Below the pieces are notes generated by a model. That model did not search any database. It was given only the letters and a program-made list of their open reading frames with translations, and was not told the origin of the DNA. This document shows, piece after piece, positions 9,201-18,759 of a stretch of DNA of 64,000 nucleotides (its first letter is position 1; each line of letters begins with the position of its first letter). Source of the stretch: Candidatus Oxydemutator sp. Its GTDB lineage: Bacteria > Pseudomonadota > Gammaproteobacteria > Poriferisulfidales > Oxydemutatoraceae. A program made the translations under genes and the position numbers. The stretch lies in the NCBI GenBank assembly GCA_965203445.1, contig OZ241883.1, positions 128,001 to 192,000 of the forward strand, read 5' to 3'.

Positions 9201-12200
9201 GGGATAGACCCCACCTGATGCGCGGGATCGGTATCCGACAACCGGTTCCCCCGCACGCGCGGGGATAGACCCTGAAGGTAAGAACCTGCCGCGCCGTGCT
9301 CGAGGGTTCCCCCGCACGCGCGGGGATAGACCCGAATGCCTTCGGCGTATTGATCAGGCGCCGTGGGTTCCCCCGCACGCGCGGGGATAGACCCACAAAC
9401 CCCGCCCTCACAATCGAAAACGACGCGGTTCCCCCGCACGCGCGGGGATAGACCCACAAACCCCGCCCTCACAATCGAAAACGACGCGGTTCCCCCGCAC
9501 GCGCGGGGATAGACCCCAGGTCGGGACTGGCGGCAGTACTACAACCCGGGTTCCCCCGCACGCGCGGGGATAGACCATCCGATCCCTGCGCGCCGTCGGC
9601 CTTGAAGTAGGTTCCCCCGCACGCGCGGGGATAGACCCGCCAATACGCCCCCCACGCGCGCGCGCCCAAGGGTTCCCCCGCACGCGCGGGGATAGACCCA
9701 TTATCCTGACAACATCGGCAGCAAATACGCCGGTTCCCCCGCACGCGCGGGGATAGACCTCACCGCCTGTTTTCTTCTCCGGGGCGCGCACAGGTTCCCC
9801 CGCACGCGCGGGGATAGACCCCTCCTCTTTCAGCGTCGCGACGCGCCAGGAGAGGTTCCCCCGCACGCGCGGGGATAGACCCTATTGACCATGGTGCCGG
9901 AGGGCACCCCTATAGGTTCCCCCGCACGCGCGGGGATAGACCCTCCTCGAGATACTCCATGCCCTTATCCCCCGGGGTTCCCCCGCACGCGCGGGGATAG
10001 ACCCAAATCAGGGCCTGCTTCTCGCTGTTCGCGCCGGGTTCCCCCGCACGCGCGGGGATAGACCCAAATCAGGGCCTGCTTCTCGCTGTTCGCGCCGGGT
10101 TCCCCCGCACGCGCGGGGATAGACCCGACGCAGGCCGGCGCGGCGGGCACCCAGGCGGGGTTCCCCCGCACGCGCGGGGATAGACCCTTGTGAGTATCCT
10201 GTGGATAAGCTGTTAGTCGGGTTCCCCCGCACGCGCGGGGATAGACCGCTATGAGATGCCGGATTCTTGGGCGTGTTCGGGGTTCCCCCGCACGCGCGGG
10301 GATAGACCCCGGCGCCCGACGGCAGCCGCTATCGCTACTTTGGTTCCCCCGCACGCGCGGGGATAGACCCGCCGTGCAGCTGCACTTCTTCCAGCGCGGC
10401 GCGGTTCCCCCGCACGCGCGGGGATAGACCTGTTGCAGGGCGTCGAGCAAAAGCGCGGCCTGAGGTTCCCCCGCACGCGCGGGGATAGACCCCGGTCGAG
10501 CGCCTGGCGGCCTTCGGTGGCATGGGTTCCCCCGCACGCGCGGGGATAGACCTGAAATATTCGGCGGCTGGATCAGGCCGCGCTTGGTTCCCCCGCACGC
10601 GCGGGGATAGACCCTACAGCGGCAAGTCTTTTATGCCCTTTCAGTGGGTTCCCCCGCACGTGCGGGGATAGACCGGACTGGTCCCGTCTTACCGGCAATG
10701 TGCCGTGGGTTCCCCCGCACGCGCGGGGATAGACCCTGACGCGCAGTAGCAAGCTCCACCACAGCCTGGGTTCCCCCGCACGCGCGGGGATAGACCTCTG
10801 CGTCACGAGGAGCCTGGACACTTTACCTCGGTTCCCCCGCACGCGCGGGGATAGACCCCACGGCTGAAGCCAAGTCAGCCTCATCGAGAAGGTTCCCCCG
10901 CACGCGCGGGGATAGACCTTTTACCCTCAGAAAACAAAAGCACAGCACGAGGGTTCCCCCGCACGCGCGGGGATAGACCAGATCCAGCTTGTTCGAGGCA
11001 ATAGCCACCTGGGGTTCCCCCGCACGCGCGGGGATAGACCTAGAGGGCCGTTGAGTCTTTCCCCCCGGAAACGGGTTCCCCCGCACGCGCGGGGATAGAC
11101 CTCTTGCCTTCAGAAAACAAAAGCACAGCACGAGGGTTCCCCCGCACGCGCGGGGATAGACCGTGATCGACTTGATAGACGCCGCCGCGGCTAAGGGTTC
11201 CCCCGCACGCGCGGGGATAGACCTCCGTCCTACAGCCTGGCCACCCTCGAGCAGGCGGTTCCCCCGCACGCGCGGGGATAGACCCTTGGGCAGAGCCGGT
11301 ATAGAGAGTATCTATGCGGTTCCCCCGCACGCGCGGGGATAGACCGGTAGCTACGCTGGTTGTTGCCGCGCTTGTGGCGGTTCCCCCGCACGCGCGGGGA
11401 TAGACCCGAGGCCGGCCCCGGAAAGCTCGGGCCGCAAGTGGTTCCCCCGCACGCGCGGGGATAGACCCGTGTACGACCTGCCGCCCAAGCGCACCGTCAG
11501 GGTTCCCCCGCACGCGCGGGGATAGACCCCGAAGCCGCGGTAGGGCACCAGCGCGCCCGCGGGTTCCCCCGCACGCGCGGGGATAGACCCTTGCACGAGC
11601 CCCGCGACGGCGCGGTCGTGAGGGTTCCCCCGCACGCGCGGGGATAGACCCTTGTGCAGGGGCCGCCGGCCGGCGACGGATACGGTTCCCCCGCACGCGC
11701 GGGGATAGACCCCTGAAGCGCATGACCGCGGATTATCACGACCTGGTTCCCCCGCACGCGCGGGGATAGACCCCACCCTTCCCTTCCATCATCACCAGAC
11801 AGACGGGTTCCCCCGCACGCGCGGGGATAGACCCCTGAAAAGGAGAAAAAGGATGACAAACAACGAGGTTCCCCCGCACGCGCGGGGATAGACCTCGAGA
11901 AGCCGGCCCGGAATCCGACGCCCTCAGGGTTCCCCCGCACGCGCGGGGATAGACCCTTTCCGCGCACAGCGCGCCCGTACGCGTGCACGGTTCCCCCGCA
12001 CGCGCGGGGATAGACCCGCGAGCTGGTCTTCGATCCGCACGAGGATCTGGGTTCCCCCGCACGCGCGGGGATAGACCTATCACCGGCAGCGCCGGCGATC
12101 AGCAAACGCAGGTTCCCCCGCACGCGCGGGGATAGACCCTCCAAGTCGCACGCGCGCGCAACTCTGCGTGAGGTTCCCCCGCACGCGCGGGGATAGACCC

Positions 12201-15200
12201 TCCAAGTCGCACGCGCGCGCAACTCTGCGTGAGGTTCCCCCGCACGCGCGGGGATAGACCCTTTCGCCGCTGCGCCCGGACGCGGTGCTGACCGGTTCCC
12301 CCGCACGCGCGGGGATAGACCCGCGGACAGAGTTGACGGCCTCGAGCGCGAGACGGTTCCCCCGCACGCGCGGGGATAGACCCGAGGGCGCGATCGCGCG
12401 CGCGCTGCCCGGCGAGGTTCCCCCGCACGCGCGGGGATAGACCGTATGACGCGCTCAGCGGCTTTCCGATGGGTGCGGTTCCCCCGCACGCGCGGGGATA
12501 GACCTTGACGAGGCCGCGCTGCGGCGCTGGGCGGTCTGGTTCCCCCGCACGCGCGGGGATAGACCTTTCCTGAAAGAACGGAAGCCAGCAAGGCCAAGGG
12601 TTCCCCCGCACGCGCGGGGATAGACCCCCTGCTAAGCAGTTTATTTTTGATCTTGAGCTGGTTCCCCCGCACGCGCGGGGATAGACCGGCTGCGGGCGAT
12701 TTTCTTTTCCGCAAGCGTGGGGTTCCCCCGCACGCGCGGGGATAGACCCGTGAGCTGACGACGGAGCGGCGAAAGCCGAAAGGTTCCCCCGCACGCGCGG
12801 GGATAGACCCGCAGCACGCACTCAACCCGGCGCGCCGGCGGTGGTTCCCCCGCACGCGCGGGGATAGACCCGTCTGCGGCTCGCGCTCGCCGGGCCAGCG
12901 CACGGTTCCCCCGCACGCGCGGGGATAGACCGTGGTCGGGACCGACGACGGCGCGCGGTTCGCGCGGTTCCCCCGCACGCGCGGGGATAGACCCGGGTGG
13001 GCGCCGGCGGCGCTCAGGCGCTACGTGGTTCCCCCGCACGCGCGGGGATAGACCCCAGGCGTTCGGCCAGGCGCACACGCCGTTTTAGGTTCCCCCGCAC
13101 GCGCGGGGATAGACCCCAGCTCTTTGAAGTGATCCTCCGGATAGTCCGGGTTCCCCCGCACGCGCGGGGATAGACCCTGATGATCCGCCCGACCGCCGAG
13201 CAGGCGCGGGGTTCCCCCGCACGCGCGGGGATAGACCTCGCGCGCCTTGTATCCCATGCCCTCTATAATCGGTTCCCCCGCACGCGCGGGGATAGACCCT
13301 TTCTCCCAAAACCTTGTGCGCCGCGAAGCCCGGTTCCCCCGCACGCGCGGGGATAGACCTCTTCCGAGCGGTTGTGGGGCCGGGGCGGCAAGGGTTCCCC
13401 CGCACGCGCGGGGATAGACCCAGGCGCCGTGGGCGCCCCATCATCGGCGACGCGGTTCCCCCGCACGCGCGGGGATAGACCCTCGTTCAGGTCATCCGAA
13501 AAAGCATAGCAACAGGTTCCCCCGCACGCGCGGGGATAGACCTGCCCGCCGGCACGTTGCGGGGCACGTCGCGGGGGTTCCCCCGCACGCGCGGGGATAG
13601 ACCATAAACATTGAAAAACTCACGCATGGTTGGATTGGTTCCCCCGCACGCGCGGGGATAGACCTTAAAAATTTCATCGAATACTCCATAAATCAACGGT
13701 TCCCCCGCACGCGCGGGGATAGACCATAATGGCAGATTTTAATTCTGCTTCTGCATCAGGTTCCCCCGCACGCGCGGGGATAGACCCTGCCCCGCCGAAA
13801 CGACGCCGTATTTCCATTTGGTTCCCCCGCACGCGCGGGGATAGACCTTATTATAGCCGCCCTGGAGGAAGGGTGCTTAGGGTTCCCCCGCACGCGCGGG
13901 GATAGACCCTTTCTTAGCTCTCCCGGACGGACTTTCTAATTGGTTCCCCCGCACGCGCGGGGATAGACCTCAATCGAAAAGGCCTTTTGCGATTGGAAAT
14001 TCGGTTCCCCCGCACGCGCGGGGATAGACCCGAAATCTTGCAGCAACCCGGCACACTTCTACCGGTTCCCCCGCACGCGCGGGGATAGACCCAGGGGCGA
14101 GTCGTAGCAGCTCACCCTGCCTGGGGTTCCCCCGCACGCGCGGGGATAGACCCTTGCCGCTGAATCTCTCCGGGATCTCCCCGGCGGTTCCCCCGCACGC
14201 GCGGGGATAGACCCGCGCCCGCTGAGCTTCAAAAAATCCTGGCTGGGGTTCCCCCGCACGCGCGGGGATAGACCTTTGGCAGGCAACGAGAGCGCCGGCT
14301 ACGCGCGGGTTCCCCCGCACGCGCGGGGATAGACCGTGAAACGGACGGCGACAATCAAAGAGTCCTCGGGTTCCCCCGCACGCGCGGGGATAGACCATTG
14401 AAACTGATAAAACAGTAGCGGGCTTAGTTGGTTCCCCCGCACGCGCGGGGATAGACCCGCGGTTTTGATAAACCGGGTTAGCGCTATCATGGTTCCCCCG
14501 CACGCGCGGGGATAGACCCGGCGGCTATCACTAACTAAAAGGTGAAAAAATGGTTCCCCCGCACGCGCGGGGATAGACCTCGGTTTTCCTGCATTTCTGC
14601 CAGCGCGTATAGGGTTCCCCCGCACGCGCGGGGATAGACCCGAGCTGGAATACTTGTGGTGGGAAATAGACACGGTTCCCCCGCACGCGCGGGGATAGAC
14701 CTTGAATAATAGTTTGGAAGTGTTGAAAGATATTGGTTCCCCCGCACGCGCGGGGATAGACCGTCATATGCCAATAACGGATGCCACGCGATACCGGTTC
14801 CCCCGCACGCGCGGGGATAGACCCGAAAGAAATATCTCGTGCGTGCCGCCGGGCGAGGTTCCCCCGCACGCGCGGGGATAGACCCGTAACGCTGGCGGGG
14901 CGCCCCACGATCGTCGCGGTTCCCCCGCACGCGCGGGGATAGACCCGGGCGGTGCGCTTCAAGCACGGCGGCGCTTGGGGTTCCCCCGCACGCGCGGGGA
15001 TAGACCGAAATATCTCTCGATCCAGGTCTGCGCGCGCGAGGTTCCCCCGCACGCGCGGGGATAGACCCTTTGGCCAATGAGCAGCGCCACCCAACCGCAA
15101 GGTTCCCCCGCACGCGCGGGGATAGACCCAATAATCACAGTACCGATCCCGATAAGTAACTGGTTCCCCCGCACGCGCGGGGATAGACCCTTCGCAAATC

Positions 15201-15311
15201 CCGATATTCTCGTTCTGTAAAAGGTTCCCCCGCACGCGCGGGGATAGACCCACGACAAGGGCATGATCGAGCACATCAGTGGCGGTTCCCCCGCACGCGC
15301 GGGGATAGACC
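6212..15311 (+). CRISPR. type I-E CRISPR array, about 150 repeats (GGTTCCCCCGCACGCGCGGGGATAGACC, 28 bp) with mostly 33-bp spacers
   Basis: 61-bp period from 6212 to the last repeat at 15284-15311; CCCCGC/GCGGGG hairpin like the E. coli I-E repeat. Two damaged repeats at 7493-7563, one C>T variant repeat at 10647-10674, one 34-bp spacer at 12932-12965. Count derived from span divided by period. Confidence 0.99.
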
Positions 15312-15429
15312 TGATGCGTAGCATCGTCTTGTGGTTTGTCAGACGCGGGGTGGTGTTCTGGATTCTATTCTTTCCTTGCCTCTTCTCTCGTGGGCTGGAT
15401 CATCGTTGCCACACCAGCGATGCTCGATT

Positions 15430-15521
15430 TCACCAGTATAGCCAACTCCTTAGCAACTGAAACCGTAAAACGAAGTGTAGAAAGCCCATCCGAAAGAAGT
15501 CTCACCAGTATAGCCAACTCC
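15430..15521. repeat. 20-bp direct repeat TCACCAGTATAGCCAACTCC x2 (15430-15449, 15502-15521)
   Basis: Exact copies 72 bp apart; reads TSIANS twice on the + strand. Confidence 0.8.
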
Positions 15522-15526
15522 CTAAA

Positions 15527-15823
15527 TCATTGAAAGACCTTCAGCGCAATGGCGATGAGCACCGCGGATTGAATGCCCGACACCCAGAATATGTACCTGA
15601 CCTGCGCCTTCAACACGGCGATGTCCGACCGCATGGCCGCCATCTCATCGCGCACGGCTGCAATTTCGTCGCGCACGGCTGCAATCTCCGTGGTGAACTT
15701 GCCGCTATCGCGGCTGCGGTCAACGACTAGGCTTATGGCTTTGGCTTGGTCATGCGTGAGGCCGACGGCCTCGAGCTCCTCGGCCGCGCCCAGGGTGTCG
15801 AAATGTCGGGCAGTCGCTTCCAT
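15527..15823 (-). CDS. CCDC90/DUF1640-like coiled-coil protein with C-terminal membrane anchor
   Basis: HFDTLGAAEELEAVGLTHDQAKAI head, heptad repeats (EIAAVRD), hydrophobic C-terminus; paralog of 41677-42105. Confidence 0.8.
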   Translation of the reverse strand: MEATARHFDTLGAAEELEAVGLTHDQAKAISLVVDRSRDSGKFTTEIAAVRDEIAAVRDEMAAMRSDIAVLKAQVRYIFWVSGIQSAVLIAIALKVFQ

Positions 15824-16336
15824 GGGGCAGATTATAGCAGATTGGCGGCGGCCGGGAAAAACGGTGTACGGGGCCACCACATTCTGGACAAATGGGGTAG
15901 TTGTTTTTGGATGGCTAGTCACGGGGTGATATTCCCCAGGCTCCGGTGCGGGCGCTCGCCGTTGTAGCGTTCCAGATACCTGAACAACGCATCGTTGAAA
16001 GCATACAGATCATCAAATAATCTGTCTTCCCGGTAGTCCACGAACTCCTCCTGCACGGTTCTGTTGAAGCGCTCGCCCAGTGTTCATCTTTGGGCGTTCC
16101 TCTTCGGACAACGCGGGTAAGTGTAACAGTGTTCTATACCCGCACGCTTCAGGTATTCGTCGAACTCTCCCTGATACTCGCTGCCGTTGTCCGTCAGCAC
16201 TTTCTCGATGCGCCCCGGAAACAAGGGTTCCCTTCGCAAGCCTTAGGCTTGCTTGCCTCTTCGCAACCCCGGATGAGGAGCGTTCAATGGCTGCGTCGCG
16301 ACTGCTGGCGCGGCGACTGGCCAACGCCAACGCAGG

Positions 16337-16374
16337 ACGACACTTCGGGAACGCCCGTGGGGGCGTTCCCTTGC
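16337..16374. repeat. short palindromic element copy 1 (GGGAACGCCC-loop-GGGCGTTCCC)
   Basis: Perfect 10-bp stem; related copies at about 16527-16564 and 46262-46291. Confidence 0.75.
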
Positions 16375-16526
16375 TTTTGTTCTGGGCGAAGCGCACTATC
16401 GTATCAACCGCCACGCAATGGCCCGCATGCCCGGCATGGAAGTCTTTGCCCAAGCGCTGGCGCTGCTGGCGCTTGAACTCCTTGCGCCGACCGCGACTGT
16501 CCAGGCGAACCGCCACCTTGCGCAGT

Positions 16527-16564
16527 ACGACACTTCGGGAACGCCCGTAGGGGCATTCCCTTGC
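16527..16564. repeat. short palindromic element copy 2
   Basis: ACGACACTTCGGGAACGCCCGTAGGGGCATTCCCTTGC, 2 differences from copy 1. Confidence 0.75.
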
Positions 16565-17046
16565 CTTGGGGCACCATCAGGCGAGAGAGCAATCCCGCGC
16601 CGCACTCGAAGCGCATCCTACCTAAATTCGGATGGCGCTCACGCAAGCGTCTGATCTCTTGGACCACCGCCACCGGCCACCGCCGCACCCGCCTGTTCTT
16701 GGGCGCCTTGCTGACGTCGTGCAACCCACTGAGACCGCCTTCGCGGTGGCGCTTGCGCCATGCATACAGGGTGCTGCGCGAAACCCCGAAGGCGTCTTGG
16801 GTTGCAGGCAAGCCATGATTATCCCAGAATATGAGGGCGTCGTATTTGCGTTCGGCACTCGTTGCCATGAGCCTCCATTTTGAAAGCGTAGGAAGCTATT
16901 TTACGCAACCCTGGGACGCGGTAGCCGACGTGCTTTATTTGCATGTCGGCTACCTTTCTGCGGCTAAGATATTGTCCAGAATGTTTCTGGCCCTATACAG
17001 GTCCGCTGCCGGATATGCCGGGGGATGCTATAATCCCTCCCCGATC

Positions 17047-17289
17047 ATGAGCACAATAGCCCTCTACCAACTGCTCAGGCGCATACCCGACGTCACCGAA
17101 GACGAGGCGCAGGCCGCGGCAGACTCGATTGCCCATGTCGACGAGGTGGCGACCAAAACCGATTTGCTCAAATTAAAAACTGAGCTCAAAGACGAGATGC
17201 ACATCCTTGAGACGAAGCTGATCAAGCTGATACTCGGCTCTGCCGGCTTTGTTGTCATCGCGGTCAGCACAATAGTGAAGCCCACCTGA
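17047..17289 (+). CDS. small CCDC90/DUF1640-like coiled-coil membrane-anchored protein
   Basis: VATKTDLLKLKTELK motif, short coiled coil, C-terminal hydrophobic helix. Confidence 0.75.
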   Translation: MSTIALYQLLRRIPDVTEDEAQAAADSIAHVDEVATKTDLLKLKTELKDEMHILETKLIKLILGSAGFVVIAVSTIVKPT

Positions 17290-17567
17290 TATGCGCCGCC
17301 GGTGGCGCCCGGCGCAGGCCTTCCATCCTCTCGGCCGCCCGAACCGTCGAACTCCGACGACCTGTAGCATTCCCGAAAATGCTTGTTTTGCGCGACATCC
17401 TCAATTCCGGGGATAGGTATCTGTGCTTGTACTTCCACCGGTATAGCCCCATTGAACGCAGTAGTTGTAGCCGGGCAGCCGTCTTTTACAGTACTGGGTT
17501 CCCGAAGGGACTCATATACAACAATGCACCAAAACCAGGGGAATAAGTTTGCGGCAAGTGCGACGTT

Positions 17568-18197
17568 TTAATAGTCATATGAGAAGGCTTCGATATCCCT
17601 TGCAAAACAGCGGCGCACGACGTCTATGCCGGCGTCGTCGTAATAGTCCCGGTAGTGGCCGCGTTGCGACGCGTTGACGTGGGGTAGGACGGGCGCGGTC
17701 ATCCGTCTATTAAAAACATGACCGCATATCGTCGCAAAGTCGTCGTTCAAATTCTCGAAACGGGCGACAAACGTGACCAGGACCTTGCCGTCTTCGTCGC
17801 TGATCCAATCCATGCAGGGCATGAACATCTTGGGATTGTCGTAGTAGCGGGAATCGCGCCTGCCGTAGGCCAACTCGACCCAGCGGTTGAAGGGCACGGG
17901 CTTGGTCTCGAGCAGCGTCGCGTCCTTGCCGAGACGGTAATGATAATGGGAAACCACCCTGTCGAACGGATTGCGCACCACCGCAAACGTATATTTCCGG
18001 CACCACCGTCGCAGGCCGATCCTGGCAATCTTCTCGCGCGCGGTGACGTGCTCAAACGGTATTTTCAGAGCCGACTCGATACTGCGTCCGGCGGTCTTGT
18101 TGATGTGGATGAAGGCAAAATCGTCGAAGCGCTCGTGGCGCCACCTGCTCGCGGCGTCCTGCCAACGGCGGATTCTTTGCGCGCGAAATAACTTCAT
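17568..18197 (-). CDS. sulfotransferase family 2 protein
   Basis: FIHINKTAGRSI (5'-PSB) and VVRNPFDRVVSHY (3'-PB) motifs. Confidence 0.85.
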   Translation of the reverse strand: MKLFRAQRIRRWQDAASRWRHERFDDFAFIHINKTAGRSIESALKIPFEHVTAREKIARIGLRRWCRKYTFAVVRNPFDRVVSHYHYRLGKDATLLETKPVPFNRWVELAYGRRDSRYYDNPKMFMPCMDWISDEDGKVLVTFVARFENLNDDFATICGHVFNRRMTAPVLPHVNASQRGHYRDYYDDAGIDVVRRCFARDIEAFSYDY

Positions 18198-18323
18198 CGG
18201 CTGGCGTGTCCGCGTCCATCGCGGATACTCGCGCCATTATCGCACGCATCCACCCATTCGCTGCCCGTCGCCGTCGCCCTCCCGTGCGCGCGACGGCGCG
18301 AAATTGTGCGATAATGGCGCGCC

Positions 18324-18728
18324 ATGTATCCCCTGATAAACGACGCGCACGCACAGGCCGGCGCGACCGGTTCGGCCGGCATGGAGTTGCTGATCATGGT
18401 CGGCATCTTCTTCCTGATCATGTATTTCATGATCATCCGCCCGCAGAACAAGCGCAACCGCGAGCACAAGCAGCTGCTGGCGTCGCTGTCGCGCGGCGAC
18501 GAAATCGTCACCTCCGGCGGTCTGTTCGGGAAAATATCGCAGGTCGAGGAAAGCTTCGTGCGCCTCGAGGTACAAAAAGGCATCGAGGTGAAGGTGCAGA
18601 AACAGGCGATCAACTCGGTCATGCCGAAAGGAACGTTCGGCGAAGAAACCGGCAAGGAAGCCGCCGCCGGCAAGAAGACGTCCGCCAGGCCCTCCGCCAA
18701 AAATACCCCCGCGAAAGACGGGCGCTGA
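18324..18728 (+). CDS. yajC: preprotein translocase subunit YajC
   Basis: YFMIIRPQNKR and GDEIVTSGGLFGKI motifs; upstream of secD. Confidence 0.95.
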   Translation: MYPLINDAHAQAGATGSAGMELLIMVGIFFLIMYFMIIRPQNKRNREHKQLLASLSRGDEIVTSGGLFGKISQVEESFVRLEVQKGIEVKVQKQAINSVMPKGTFGEETGKEAAAGKKTSARPSAKNTPAKDGR

Positions 18729-18759
18729 CGGCGCCGCCCCGAAAGCGTCGGGACGAACC

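Larger units (their letters stand above)
15919..16944 (-). pseudogene. IS481-family DDE transposase, frameshifted and interrupted
   Basis: Fragments in different frames: FGVSRSTLYAWRKR (HTH), VAVDTI, LTDNGSEY, ERFNRTVQEEF, YNGERPHRSL. Confidence 0.85.
15865..16999 (-). mobile_element. degenerate IS481-family insertion sequence
   Basis: Imperfect terminal IRs TGTACGGGGCCACCACATTCTGGACA (15865) and TGTATAGGGCCAGAAACATTCTGGACA (reverse complement ending 16999); TGT...ACA ends; no TSD seen. Confidence 0.8.

Noticed and set aside
9272-9304. Spacer shares 14 nt (GAAGGTAAGAACCT) with cas8e 1039-1052; possible autoregulatory guide
   Set aside because: About one 14-mer match is expected by chance for about 150 spacers against this window. 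The first seed base mismatches and the rest does not align.
6192-15460. Dozens of long minus-strand ORFs across the CRISPR array
   Set aside because: They are translations of the repeat (GLSPRVRGN/SIPARAGEP/VYPRACGG), which has no stop codons on that strand; not genes.
15430-15521. 20-bp direct repeat as a mini CRISPR array
   Set aside because: Only two copies, no palindrome, unrelated to the I-E repeat; the 72-bp in-frame spacing fits a protein repeat.
15858-17006. Target-site duplication for the IS481 relic
   Set aside because: The flanks (AAAACGG / GGTCCGC) do not match; no TSD is supportable.
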